A stretch of DNA of 64,000 nucleotides, taken from assembly GCA_050084515.1 (NCBI GenBank), contig CM114271.1:38378001-38442000 (forward strand), read 5' to 3'. The notes under the pieces were generated by a model. The model did not search any database. It saw only the letters and a list, made by a program, of their open reading frames with translations, and was not told where the DNA came from. Positions 11,346 to 24,849 of this stretch are shown here, one piece after another. The DNA is from Blasia pusilla. Lineage: Eukaryota. The number at the start of each line of letters is the position of its first letter. The first letter of the stretch is position 1. A program made the translations under genes and the position numbers.

Positions 11346-14300
11346 TTTCCATCTTCGAAGTGAAGCGCGGAAATGCTGACAATATCTTAGCTGAGCTGTA
11401 GTTTACTGGGGGTTAGGGGTAGGAACAGAGAGTGACTCTTCACACGATTTCAGGTTTTGATCTTTGTCGTTGTGAAGTGCAGGTTGACATGAGACTAGTG
11501 TAGTACGCTGCTGTAGGGTTTTCTGCTTTTTGGTCTATAAGTTCCTGCGACTTTGAACCTATCTGCGAATTTGCCAAGAGCATCGAGAAAGTTTCCAGAT
11601 CTCGAAGTAGGATCAATAAGAGTAGAGCACTGGTATTCACTCCCTGATATTAATGACTCAGAGAAGGTCTTGCTGATTCGCAGTCCGGAACATGGAGTGG
11701 TTTAGTCAATTAAGTCTTCTATGATGAGGAGTTACTGGGAAATAGGAGGGCCAGCGGTTGACTGGTTTTAAAACTTGCTAAAATTAGTATCCAGTGTGAC
11801 CCTATCTCTCGACCAAGTGTGACCTCTCCTGAAGACGTCTAACCACCACAGCTAGTTCTGCTCATAACAAGTATCAATTTGGTGACACTCACAATACAGG
11901 CTGGTCGAGGGTTTGACACGCTATTACACAGTAACCATGTAACAAAAGAGAAGGATGAATCCCTCAAAAGAACTTAGGATGTAGACGGAAAGACTTTCCT
12001 GTAAGATATACCCTCTAAGCAACTTACTAACTCCTCACTGCGATGCAAAGACTATGACAACCTCGAGTGAAAGCCATGCCGTTCCTTGCACAAGTTGGAA
12101 GAGGTTTCTGGTTTAGCATATCCATTATCTCGGTCTTCATTCCACATTCAATTCGTGGATGGGCTGTAGATTTCACCCAGTTCATGTGATGTGGCGACCA
12201 CACGAATCCTAAAACACAATCACAAGCTCAAACCTCTATGAATTGAATCCATCAAGTTATCCACGATGACGCCTGAACAGAACCTCTGATCGAAGTCCCA
12301 CACCAAGTCACAGCTTGTTCCCTTCAGGAAAAGATGGAACTTGAGAAAAAAACACCCAGATGAAAAGTCAGAGGAAATGGCAGAAGGTAACACACCGCTA
12401 CGAAATTGAGGATGTCGAAAGCAAGCCAGTCATCCCCACAACAGGTGCGCGAGTTCTTCCACCGATCCGAAGCGACACTTACGTTGATGGTAGTCCACAT
12501 TGTCCAAAACGTTAAGCACAGGTCTTCTTCACGTCGTTTGAGATCGAGCCAGAGCGGCAAGAAGACAGCAGTGCGCACCTGCAGACTGTAGTGATTGATC
12601 ATCAATAGCGAACTTACATTGCAATTGAACCAGCTTTCGGCCCTTGTGACAGTCTTTCTTAGATAATCGTTGTGAGGGCACATTCCTCTACTCAAGGGAA
12701 GGCTACAGATAGAAGGCTGGGCTCAGTTCATACTTTTCCTTTGTCAATGTGTACACACGGTTTCCTACCAGGGAATCAGAGCCCGGCTGAACCGCAGTTA
12801 TTCGAGCCCGGCAGCACGGTGACAAGGAAGTCATATTCGAGAAATGTTTAAGCGACGAGCCAAAACTGCAGTGTGTGCTGAAGGATGTCCAAGAAATTGT
12901 CGCCCTTTCTGCAAGGAGTAGAAATCAGGTTGCAGAAACGATCAAGAATATTTGCTGTAGACTACCACGAAATTGGCAGTAGAACGTCAACATTGACTGA
13001 CCCAGAACTTTGAAAGGGTATGTAAAGGAGGAGTCCAACCAGATGTTCATCAGATCCGAAGGCGTGTATCCCGCAGATGGTTGTGAATTGTAGTTTACGC
13101 GGCGAAGAAACCCAACACCGTCCTTCCCACCATTCAGAATCTAACTAATAACGGCCAATTTTCGCCTTGGAAGGACTGTGACACTTCTCCAGAAGCCTGG
13201 AATAGACCCACTGATCTCTTGAGCAGACACACAAATGGCGCAGATATGAATGGACCGGCTGTCTACATTCCTTTAGAGGAGGACAGGTGATGATAAGAAC
13301 CACCAGTGCACAGTGAAGGACAGTTCTGGGGTGACAACCAGAAGTCAATAATCCAGATGAGGCTGTATTTTCTGAGAGATTCGACAAAATCCCAACAAAT
13401 CAACAAATGTCCAACGCCAAGAAGAAGACAAGGCTCCCTGGACTTCAACTCTACTGCCTTTTGCCACATGAGCCAATTCAGACACAGCCGGTAGAGGGTG
13501 TAAACTTTGATGCTTTACCCTAATTCAAGTGCCATTCAAGAGTCTTTTTGTCACGGGGACCCTAGCGAGAGAGGAATAGTTCAAACGAAGAAATGACAGA
13601 TACCTCGTTTGTAGGAGGGGCATTGACTTTAGTGTGAGCACCACAACCTCCAAGTGCTCCAGTTCCAAAAACCCCGGCAGTGACAGTACTGCCATCCGAG
13701 TAAATCGTCCGAGCAACTGTTCTGACAGTTCCTGACCAGATACCATCCCGACCAAGTTCTCCATTTTAAAGTGACATAAGACCGGGATCTACATCTATTC
13801 TCAAAAGATTTTGCAGAACTTTCGACAGACAAGTATCAGTATCAGAGAAAATACCAGGGCCGGTGCTCGAATAAGTGGGAGAGCTTTTAAATAACCAGAG
13901 AAATTTGAAGCAGCTTTCCAAAAGACAGAGGGGCGATCTATACAGAAGACAAATGATCAGCAGGGCAACGTCGAAACACCTGCCTCATAAACCTGCACTT
14001 CCACCCCAAAAGCAGTGCGCAGGCAAGTTGGGTTTCAAAATACATGCCAGATGGAATCATTGAAGGGTCTAAGGCGAGACTGGCACACCTTTTGAATCGG
14101 AAAAGAAATGTAATAATATATAGAAAAAAGGAAGGGAAACCCATCACGATACAAATGAGGGGGCATAGAGAGCCAAAAAAACCTCAAGGGGCCAAAATCG
14201 GCCCCAACCTTTTGGCCAACACTTTCAAGCATTTCAATTCAGTTATGAGGGCGTTGCCAGGTCAGTTTGATACAAGAAGGGTTCCTAGAAGACTGCGAAG

Positions 14301-16796
14301 AAGACTGCGTTTCTAAATGGGCACATGGAGATGCGAGACATAGCGTCAAATTATGCTAAACAAATCCGAGTGTGCGGCTAAACACCCATCGAGATTTAGA
14401 CGATCTAGCTATGATACTTAGGCTTAAAGGGAGGAGCAGGGAACTCTGCTACATCTCGCACTACTTCAAGACAAAGGCTCTCCTGATTGGCAATAGTTTA
14501 GAGCTGCTACAATTTCTGAAGGGCACCTTCAGACCGTTCAGCCCGGCATATCTGGGAGAGATTCGTTCATTTCCTGCAGATGGACGAGAGATCAGGAATG
14601 GAGAGGAATGATTCTAATCTCCCAGATTAGAGCTACTGACACTAACGTTTCGAGGTTCAGTATTCGATTATAAGTACAGTTGGAGAGGGACGGTATAAGC
14701 TAACTGATGAGGACTATCGCAAGAATAAAGAGTGTATGAAAAGGGCTCCTGGTAATCTAAGGTGGGCTATAGTTTAGGGTTTTAATGGTGTCCACTGACA
14801 TGGCTGCTCTTGGATCAGTTCAGTGGATTGATATGAGGATAATCAAATACTTCCCAAGGATATCAAATTAATGAAATACGAAACAAAATCCCTAGTTTTT
14901 TGGTAACTCCCATGCTGATTGGTATGGCAACTTGGGTGAATGAAAACGACCATTTCTTTTTTTGTTTCTTGTTAGCACTAGCAGTTGCAATCCAGTGGAG
15001 CAAGGAGCGGAAGTTGCGTTTTCCACCACGGAAGCAGAGAGTAGATAGCCTTACGGAAACTTTTTTGGTATCATCGGCAAGACAAGATTGTCGGTGGTGA
15101 TAGGCAGGCAATTGCAGCCAAACAAAGATTCTTTCACCGATGACCAATTTCCAAGTTACTATTTCAAAAAAGGTCGCGGAACCCACTGCACACCTATCCG
15201 GTTCTGCTAGGTAGTGAGTACTGAAGGTCAATATTGTAAACGGAGGTGGCTATGAAATGTGAGTTCTAGAAGATTTTCCACAGATGAACATTTATTAGAC
15301 CTGATTAGGAGTGGTGAGCAACTTCATTATCTTGCAGCTGCTGATTGTCGTGACTGAAGCTCAGGAGCGCATGCCCGTTATGGTAGAAAACGACGGTTGG
15401 CAGTTTCGAAACAGCTGTCGCGGCTGTAGCAGATGGTCATGGCAGCCAATTTTTGCGTGTGCAGGGGTCGCCCTCTGACAATAGCAACAAATCATGATCT
15501 TCTGCGGACATCTGCGAGTCTTTTCGGTAAACAATAAGGTGATGTGGCTGTACGAGTGCAGGTGGATCCTCAAGTTGCCTTCCTATTAGGCGTCCTTATT
15601 CTCAGTTCATGACGGGGAATAGTTTACCTATCACTTTCATTTAACTTCATCGCAGTTCTTGCAGTAAGTAAAATTCTACACCTCACCACCAAAGGATGCA
15701 ACAGCTTTAGGTTTAGGTGAGGCTACCAGCACTTTGCCTGGAACTGAGCTGTCCAGAAGACGTACAAGTGGGCACTCCCAGGAATTCCTGCCACATCGGA
15801 TTCAAATCCAGAACACGAAGGAGACGTGACGTGAAACTCCACCCACTCACAGATGTCCTTCCCTGATGCTAAAACTTGTTGAGAACATTTCGCGTGACTA
15901 TTCCGATGGGGTTGTGCAGTCTTTTGAAATCGAAAATATGTCAAGTATCTTAACGTTTCCGTACACTTGCCATTCAAGCGTGCACTTCCGGGCAAAATTC
16001 CCGTAGAAACTCCTACCCTTCTACACACAGCCCAACTCATCGGCCACAAATTCTCCAGCACAATTACAACTTCGACAGCCAGGAGATGGGGCTGAAACGT
16101 GTGTCCCACATAAATTTCAATTAAAACAATTTAGAGGGGCCTTACACGACAGGATGCCCTGAAGGTTGATTGATTCCCAGGGTTACAGCATGGGTCCAAC
16201 ACTGTCAGGAATCTTGAGAAAACTCACTCACAGCCACAAAGGTACTAGGAACTCTGGATTAAATTGTGAGATAACGTTCACTAGTCAACCTTAAACATGG
16301 ATGGGATTCCGAGTTCTATACATACTGAACCCTCGCTGGAACTCCTCGAATTACATGCGGACAGAATCCAATTTGTGACATACTCTGCTCAGAAATGCAA
16401 GTCATATGAACGGACACCACATCTCTCATTCCTACAATCTACTCAACCTTCTCAAATGTTCCATTCTTCACTCTAAATATTATGGCAATTAGTACGGCAA
16501 GTTCCAAATCCATGAATTGCGATTCACCCGCTGTATCCATACGACTCATTGTGAGTCTTTACTTGCTCCGTCAGCTAGCGACTTCGATATACGGACATCC
16601 ACCGTCGCCATCAAATGGAACAAATAACAGCTAAATATTGATGACCACCTTCTGCGCATCCAAATACGTGGAGCGAGCCTGTTCAAGCCCTCCAGTCTTC
16701 AGACAGTCTGCTAATCAACTGTACTGTTCCCTAGTTTCAAGGAGCCCTGCCCTTCTTGGTTACGATGACTGCAGGAGTCCACATATTTGCAAGTCT

Positions 16797-18491
16797 TCAG
16801 AAAATACTGCCTTCTGGGGGCTGCTGGAGTTTGCGATTGGAAGGGGCAGCCATTTCGCGCTTCAACTCGGTGAGAATGTTCTCCATCGTATACTCCCGAC
16901 GCCACTGCGCTAGCATCGAGAAATGCCTGGGATCGACCTGCAAATAACCAGCAACCATACGATGCCACAATCGGCAACAGCCTCCTTCAGCTTTCCACTC
17001 TAAGATGGTGATGTGGACACCTCTCGACAGAAACTACTAACACCCACAGCCACACTGTCATCATCCGCTTACTTTTCATGCACAGTATTAGCATTACTTT
17101 CTTCCAGCTCATCGACTCGTAGATGGGGCGATCACCTTCATTTACTCAAAGCCACGGGAATGCCGCGAACATCGCAATCCTGTACAGAGGCACGTACGCT
17201 TCTGGAGATGGGTGTGCAAATTACCCAGATTCTGATGCAAAAAAGGGTAACCCGAGGATCGCAGACAGCAGGACCATAAACCCTAAAAGCTCAAACAGAA
17301 TTTCCGCCGTCTTTGAGTTAAAGACATCACAACAGCAAGGAAGTAAGATCCTTCGTCGAAAGACTTACCACACCAGTCTCTTGATTAACGGATGTCATGT
17401 TAATCCGAGAGTAGAATCTGACGCTTGGGGGTCTGTCCGGATAGCTATGGTCGCAGAAGAGCTTCACCGTGTATATACGTCCCTCATGGACGGACTGAAT
17501 CAAAAAAAGGGAAACAAAAAACAAGAGCCAACCAATCGTGTATTAGGATCACACTATCCAAGACCCGGGTGGATCGAGTAGTCGAGGAGACATCCCGTGA
17601 AAATAGAGCAGCAAAAAAATTGTATGCGTCTGCGTGGTATATGAACCCGAACCAGATATATGCGACACACGGGGAAGAAGTCATTTGCCAGTTCAATCCA
17701 ACAAACATCAATCTACTCTACAGCTACAAACCATCGGAGATAGTCAATTGGCGAGAGAATCGGAGGACGCCACGGACATCACAAGGAAAGAAGTGCTACG
17801 ATGTAGTATCAAAACACTCCATAAACTCCTTCCCCAGCATCGGTGAGACTCACATTATTGGGACCTATGATTGTCCCAGTCCATGAGCGCATGAACACAT
17901 CTTCGCCGTCATCCATACCATAACTAACGGTGCCATCACCAATACCTTTTTCTCCTCTCTCGAGCTCTTCGAGCAACCGAAAGTTCCTCGGGACTGCACG
18001 GCATGACGTTAACTACACTTAGCAACAAATTAAACAATCCCGGACTAGCTCATTATCCAAACTGGCGGAGCCAGAACTAAACCACCTCAGATCATCCGGA
18101 AGCAAGAAGAGGCTCCCGGTTGCTTGATCTGATTCCAAAGCACTATTAGAGGGAGTATGTCAGCCAGGAGTTTCCCTTCGAACTAACAAGAAAGTCGAAA
18201 TTCGCAGAATGAACCAAGGAAACGGAAAGTTACAATCTACAACCAGTTCAAGGAAATAGTGAAGAGAACCAAACTCAGTTGCTTGATCAGATTTCCAACT
18301 CACTCGTCAACACAAACCCAATGACAGAACACAATAGGTTCCTTCCATTCTCTATCTGATTTCAAAGATCACAAATCTTCCACCACTCCAAGTTCCGAGT
18401 CTCCTTGAGAACGGCAATTCACAAACAACCAGATCACATTCACTGGCCAAGCTAAGGACACACCGATCACAGTCGATCCTGACGATGTCAT
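16797..18491 (-). CDS. UEV1: Ubiquitin-conjugating enzyme E2 variant (UEV1/MMS2 family, short C-terminus type), 144 aa
   Basis: Exons 18491-18464, 17993-17854, 17494-17369, 16937-16797, all GT-AG, give [156 protein letters not shown] and QPPEG are family hallmarks. A 5'UTR intron is probable (donor near 18696). Confidence 0.96.
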
Positions 18492-19220
18492 TCTCACTAT
18501 CACGTCCGCTCCCTTCGCACAACGGACACACGTTCAATCTTTCCTCTCCCCTCTCCCTCTCTTGCAATGCACGCAAGACCTAAACACCTCTCGATCACCA
18601 CTTCTCCACCAATCTCCCGCGGCAAACCCTACAGCAGATCTAGAAACAGCTTGCGATCGCCACTCCTTGTCGACATCTTCCGCGCCTTCGCATCACCTGA
18701 TCTGCAGACCTGCTATTGAATTCTGTCCTCTCTCTCTCTCTCTCTCTGTGTATCTGTGTCTCTCTCTCTCTATCCCTCCGTTTTCTCCCTCTCCTTCTGT
18801 CAAAACTGCCACCCCCAAAGGACAACGACGACGGAGGAGACTGGAGGACGGGAAAATGAGAGCAGCGGAGGCGAGAAACGAGTGAAACAGTAAGAAGTGA
18901 GAACTTCGCGGCTCACGACTAAAGACAAACTTGAATCCATCGCATAAGCCTCTAACGCCCGACCAATTCGCGACTGCGAGTTCGTCCATACTATTTCGGA
19001 GCGCAACGGAATATTTCTCGCAGATGTTTCTATTTGTGGGAAGAAAAACTTCTTCTTCTTTTGAGTTCTCAACGTTTTTCGTCTTTTTTATGACGTTAGA
19101 ATTGTTTTATCCGTTTTGGGAATTTTGTTATGTGGCCGAGTTTGGTCTCCTAATTCTAAGTAGTCAAGAGAGTAAAATTATTTGCTTATGTGTAGTTAGT
19201 GCCTTTAGATTCAGCATAGT

Positions 19221-19600
19221 ATGTGTTAGGAGTTTTTATGGTAGGAGAGGGTTATGGTTGGGGGTTTACGGTCTAGCTTAGTGTTTGTGTCGAAATGCCA
19301 AAAAATGAACTCTAGAGGTCGAACTGGGTGCTGGGAACTCACCTTTGTTCGGATTGCCTTCCTAGGGTTCTTTGTGTGTCTCAAATTAGACAAAACTCAC
19401 TAACAAATTTAATGTTTTAGGAGCTGTGATTGTAGGAGGTGGAGTTTAGGGTCCAATTTCGTGTTTGTGTTGGAAACCTAAAAAAGGGACTTTGGAGGTT
19501 GAATCGGGTGGTGTTCTCAACTTTGTACTGGTACCAAAGATTTTCTTTCTAGGGATCTCTATGTATCTCAAATTAGATCAAACTCATTGTCAAATTTGAA
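19221..19600. repeat. Two-copy degenerate ~180-190 bp tandem duplication upstream of UEV1
   Basis: Collinear blocks atgt(g/t)ttaggag, gtgtttgtgt, gaggt(c/t)gaa..gggtg, ctaggg, tctcaaattaga..aaactca recur about 180-190 bp apart. Confidence 0.65.
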
Positions 19601-19918
19601 TATGTGGACATTGTTAGGTTAGTAATGGACATAGTGAAAGCGTCACCTCACTAATGTAGTAGCATGGCCATCAACATGCCCCCAACTCAAATATGAGAAA
19701 AACTTAGGATCGTTATGTCATGTTAGGCCTGCTTACTAATTTCTAGCATGTAATTAGGGAACAATGCTCCATTTTGGAACATTCAAAAAAATTCAGTCAA
19801 AAGGTAGGGCGCTTGGTTGTGAATAACATATTAAGAGATATGCGAAGGTACTAGTAAGAACCATATCATGTCCTCCTATCAAGAAAAGAGTATTATGATG
19901 CTTAGTATACAAGATACA

Positions 19919-20680
19919 CTAGTAAGGTGCCCGTGCCATGCACGAGAGATAAAAAAGTGTTTGAGGAGGCTTGCTTATGACGAACTAATACTGATACATA
20001 CAAAAATTGTTTGCTAGCCACAATATGTGAAACATTTTCTTGTTGGCACAGGCCAAATAGAGAAGTGTTTGCAAATCAATATGACAAAATCAAGAATTTA
20101 TTTCATCCGAATATCTCTTTATACACTACATTTCGTGTGTAGTCACCTTCCTTCTTTGAATGTTCATCACTTTCAATGGTAGCATGGATGGAACTTCTCT
20201 TCCCTACTCTAGATAATGCTACATACAATTGAACATGAGAAAATACAAGAATAGGCAAGTAAATGCCAACATTTTGCAACGTTTGACCTTGAGACTTATT
20301 AATACTCATAGCAAAAGCTGGACGAATAGGGAATTGAAACCTACGTAACTCAAATGACAAACCAGAATCCGATGCATTCAATGGTATACGTGGAATAAAG
20401 ACTCTATCTCCAATATTCTTCCATGTGATAATTTCAGCATCTATGCAATGTTGACGACCCTCTCCCACTTCCAATAACCAATCAGCAAATCCTTGTTGTT
20501 CACTACACAAATTACCTTCCAACCTTTGAACTCAAATATTTGTTGTCAACTTCATTACCTTTACATTAGGCCAAAGAGATGACCTCTTTATGGTGGCTTG
20601 GATGAGTTGTGGCTGATCCCTATGATGAACAATAAGCAACACTTGACGAAAATCACCACCAAATACCATAAGTGCTTAAT
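19919..20680 (-). mobile_element. Canonical Helitron 3' end with internally deleted PIF1-like helicase pseudogene
   Basis: Minus-strand terminus cgtgc-atg-gcacg hairpin then CTAG|T (19919-19922). Translated GGDFRQVL, FADWLLEVGEG, RFQFPIRPAFAMSINKSQGQTL, FSHVQLYVALSRV, TRNVVYKEI. 5' end not located. Confidence 0.9.
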
Positions 20681-23600
20681 TACAATTGGTAATGCACAAT
20701 TCACCTAAATACTCAAATATAAGATGCTAGAGAATCAATCATAGATCCCTATCTAGTTTGATTTAGGATGATAGATAAAGCACATTTCATTATTTGGTGT
20801 GATCCTTTCATAATCCTTATACTTAGGCTTGTGGTTTGGCTAAGATTGACTCACTAACTCAGCAAAGATGAGCCCTATATAGGCTAGATATTACTCTCAA
20901 GTATTTAATGCATCTTAGAAAGGATGGGAAGGGTCTCATCAAAATATTGCATAGGTGGTAAAATGTCTCTCTAACGGTAACTAAACTCAAAGATGGAGAA
21001 ATTGATAGATGGTTGGTATATATATATATATATATATATATAACCAATATAATGCTAGTGGTATGCAAATATATTTGTTTTGTTGCATTGATGGCGGGGA
21101 CTAAAGTTCAATAAATGCAATGGAAAACTCCAAAAAATAAAAGTATTATTATTTTACAAGTAGGAATTTTATTTTACAAGGTGATGGTCTAAGTTGACAT
21201 AATAACTTAGACCATAATGTTACCATATCCCAAGTTCATATCTTCAAGAATCCTGGAGGGAACGACATATTTAAACTATTCATACATCTCTCGATAAATG
21301 ATATATGATCTATTTTTATTAATGTATGTATATGTAATCGATTTACTGGGCTATTATATTATTATGCTTCATGCATAATAAAAAAAATCCACTTTAGGAG
21401 AGTGACATTATTTCTTAATTCTCCTTATTATTAATTCTTAATTTTTCTATAGTAATCTTTTGTATATTAATTTATTCATTCACTTTAATTGAAAGTTGTT
21501 AAATTTCCAACTCCTAAGTTGGTTTATATATAGATTTGCAAGTTTTGTGACAATATGGGAATCATGGGATTATTTTGGGAATTACTTCTATAAGTTTTAG
21601 AATCTCTTAAGGAGAATTTTTTTTATTTGCAACACTTGTCACAAATCTTAATGCTTACATATTTTTTAATCTTTCAAATTACCAAAAAAAATCCAAAAAT
21701 ATCTAATTATATTTTTACTTAAAAAATAAATTCTAAAAATAAAAATTGATATATATAAATAATCCAAATTAAAAATACTTACATTGCTACTTAAATTTTT
21801 GTTGAAGGTATGAAATAATGCCAATTCTTTGAATATATCATTTTTAGAGATTGGCCTCTTAAAGGTTAGAATGTTTGATAAACATCACATATAAATTTTC
21901 AATTAGGTCATGTTTAAAGAGAATGTACAACAAATCACCGAGAATATGAAAATTTTATAAGGATTTTAAAGTTCTTATGAACATATAAATATCCTGTAAG
22001 ATACGTGAAACTTATATTGACATAGAATGGTAAAAAAGTTCCTTTTAAGGATGATGCAATTTATGGGGTAAAAAGGGCAATGTCCGGGTATGTCCAACAA
22101 GATCACAACCTTTACAATATATCTTCACATGAAAAGATTCTTACTATCCAAACATATTATTTATATTTGAATAATTTTTTATATTTGTTCTCAACTAAAG
22201 ATAGGTAAGGATAAGGGCAACCACCTAATTAGTTGGTAGATATACCTTTTGCTTTAATATACCGAAACATTCATATATGTAGGGCCACTATTGAGATTAA
22301 TCCCATTATGGTGTAATATAAGCCCTTCTAATTGTAATTGGCTTCCCAACATAATGGTAGTAATCATCCAAAGATCCATACATACCACATAATAATATGA
22401 TGTGAGCTCTTACAATAGATCATCTTGGAAATAAGCAATTAAAAACTCATTACAATTTTTTTGTTGCAATTGATCATAAATATTGATGTTCGGTTTGTTA
22501 AACATCTCTTTAATTACTAAATTCTCTATGAGAATAACTGAAGTGATGAAATCCACTTTGTTTTGGCATGATAATCTCTCATAATCCTTGTTATTATTGT
22601 CAACGTATCTTATATAATAAGACAAAATATCTATCTACTACAATTTTCATGGGTTTTCTAAGAAAGTTCAAAAGGTATCTTTTGAAAGCCTCAAACTCCA
22701 TTTCAAATGCCTTTGAATTTGGGAAAGAGGATAAGTAATCTTTAAAGAGATAGCTAATTGACTAGGGAGACTTGGGATGCTTATTAAAATTAACATTTAA
22801 GAGGAAATATGATCATTTAAAATCTTGGTTAGTAACCTCCCTCCCCAAGAAGTGAGTCTTATATGAGAAAGAGTGGTGTGTTTATTCCCAACATGAAATT
22901 CATTTCAAATTAGATAAAAGGAATCCCTATAACCATACATGTAGGTTTATCTAGAGGTTAGTGATCATTTATTTAAGGATAGGTAGGATCCATTACTGCA
23001 CCATGGAAGGTAGCCATACATGTAGGCATCATGTATAAACAAGGGGTTTTTTTTAAAGCGTAGCATAAACATACCGACTAGTATTCAATTTTCAAGACAT
23101 GATTAGAGGGAGATGGGAATTTCAAGAACTTCCATGTGTATTCCAAATCTAGGCAATCTTAGAATGGAAAAGCTTTATTAACTTAATACACGAGAACTTT
23201 TTTTGGTTTGTCAAACATCACATTGGCTTTTTTTAAGAAGTTCATTTGGATAACGAAGGATAGAAAATTAGCTTAGGGATTCATTCAAATAATTAGAGTT
23301 TTGAATTAAGGAAATTCTTAGTATTAGGAAAAGGAATTGCGATGACATTCTATTTTTAAAATCAACTATATCTAAATTGAGACTCTCTCACTAGGGAATT
23401 ATGCTATGAAAAATCATTCTTCTTAATAGGGGACCTATTTCAAAGTTAGTTTGACAATTTTTAAAAGTTGGTCATCTTTTTTACTTACTTTGTTTCCATT
23501 TTCTCCATATACAATCACTATCAAGGGTATTGTCGTGTATATATATATATATATATTTCAACAAGTTCCTAAGGTGCCATTTCTTTCTAACGTATTTTTT

Positions 23601-24299
23601 TGTATGATATGGATTAACTTGGAACTTGATGATTATAAAAATTTTAAACTTCCAATTTTCTTTCAAGTTTGACATATTGTGATGGAATGTTTCAATATTC
23701 TATCTATATCTTTTCTCAACGTCCCACTCCCTCCTTAAGAAGCAATATGTCTCATTGTATGCTCTCCTCCTATCAAGGAAAATCCAACAAAATTTTGGTT
23801 ATATGATAAATATGGCAAATACTAGACATGTATGTTGGTTTTCTAGATGTTCAATTTTTTGGAAATACTTGAAAAGAAACACCTTAACTAGTGATGGGTT
23901 CTAATATCACATTAACATATCCTCAAGCTTTTCACGTATACATAGGAAAGATATTATTCAAATATATTAGGTAGTCCCAAAAACCTTGGATGATCTTGTT
24001 ATTATTAGCGGAATTTAGTTCCAAGGAGATATTACATCACTTTTTGTTATCTCATATAATCATCATATTTGAATACCAATTAAAAAAAATCTCTTTGTAT
24101 CATAAAAAAATTTCCATACTGATTTTTTCCACTTGATTATTTTTTCAATTATTCCATAGGCTTTCATTATTCCAGTTAAAAATTAAATAATGTATTTATG
24201 TCAAATATGAAACTCAAATCGTAATATTATCACACCTAAAATATCTTATACGAATTTAGGAAAGAGTTATGAAATAATGTAAGAACACAATGGATTTTA

Positions 24300-24806
24300 A
24301 AATTCTCCCACTCTAAATAATACTAAGTTACTCTTAAAATCCTTTGGATACATAAGCCATCGTACTTGTATTGTATCTCAAAAACCTTTGGTTGCAAGGT
24401 GAAATGAGCACTACCTTTAACCATTCTTAATGGATGATCATTGGCAACACTCGTGGTTTTAGTCCCTCTTTGGATGAGTCCATTTAGGAAGATTCATTAT
24501 GCATTTTCCACTAGTATACTTCGAAAACCAAGCATCATTGTGAAGCAACTCTGGAGAGCCGCTGGATATGCAAGCACATCAAAGCCGTATATAGTCAAAA
24601 GTTTTTGGCTCTCCGAAGCCATACCTTGGTACAAAAGTACCATTACAATCATTTTTTAATTTTTTGTGTATATTGTGTGTATAAAAATCGCTACAAAAGA
24701 TATGTTGTTATCATTATCTATACACACAAAATACCATATTCACATATTAAATTATGGAGTATGTGAGTCAAGTGATTACATACCAAATATCACCAATAAA
24801 ATAGGA

Positions 24807-24849
<43 letters not shown>

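Noticed and set aside
14704-14745. CTGATGAG...GAAA hammerhead-like core (also on the minus strand near 5075-5092)
   Set aside because: No G-C closing pair for stem II and no stems I/III.
16797-16815. Possible GC donor after QPPEG giving a longer CaaX-type UEV1 isoform
   Set aside because: Weak donor context and no downstream exon ending in a CaaX motif found; the short form ends normally.
21800-23400. Possible MULE transposase relic (KGCDLVGHTRT knuckle-like peptide on the minus strand)
   Set aside because: Too decayed to confirm catalytic motifs or ends by eye.
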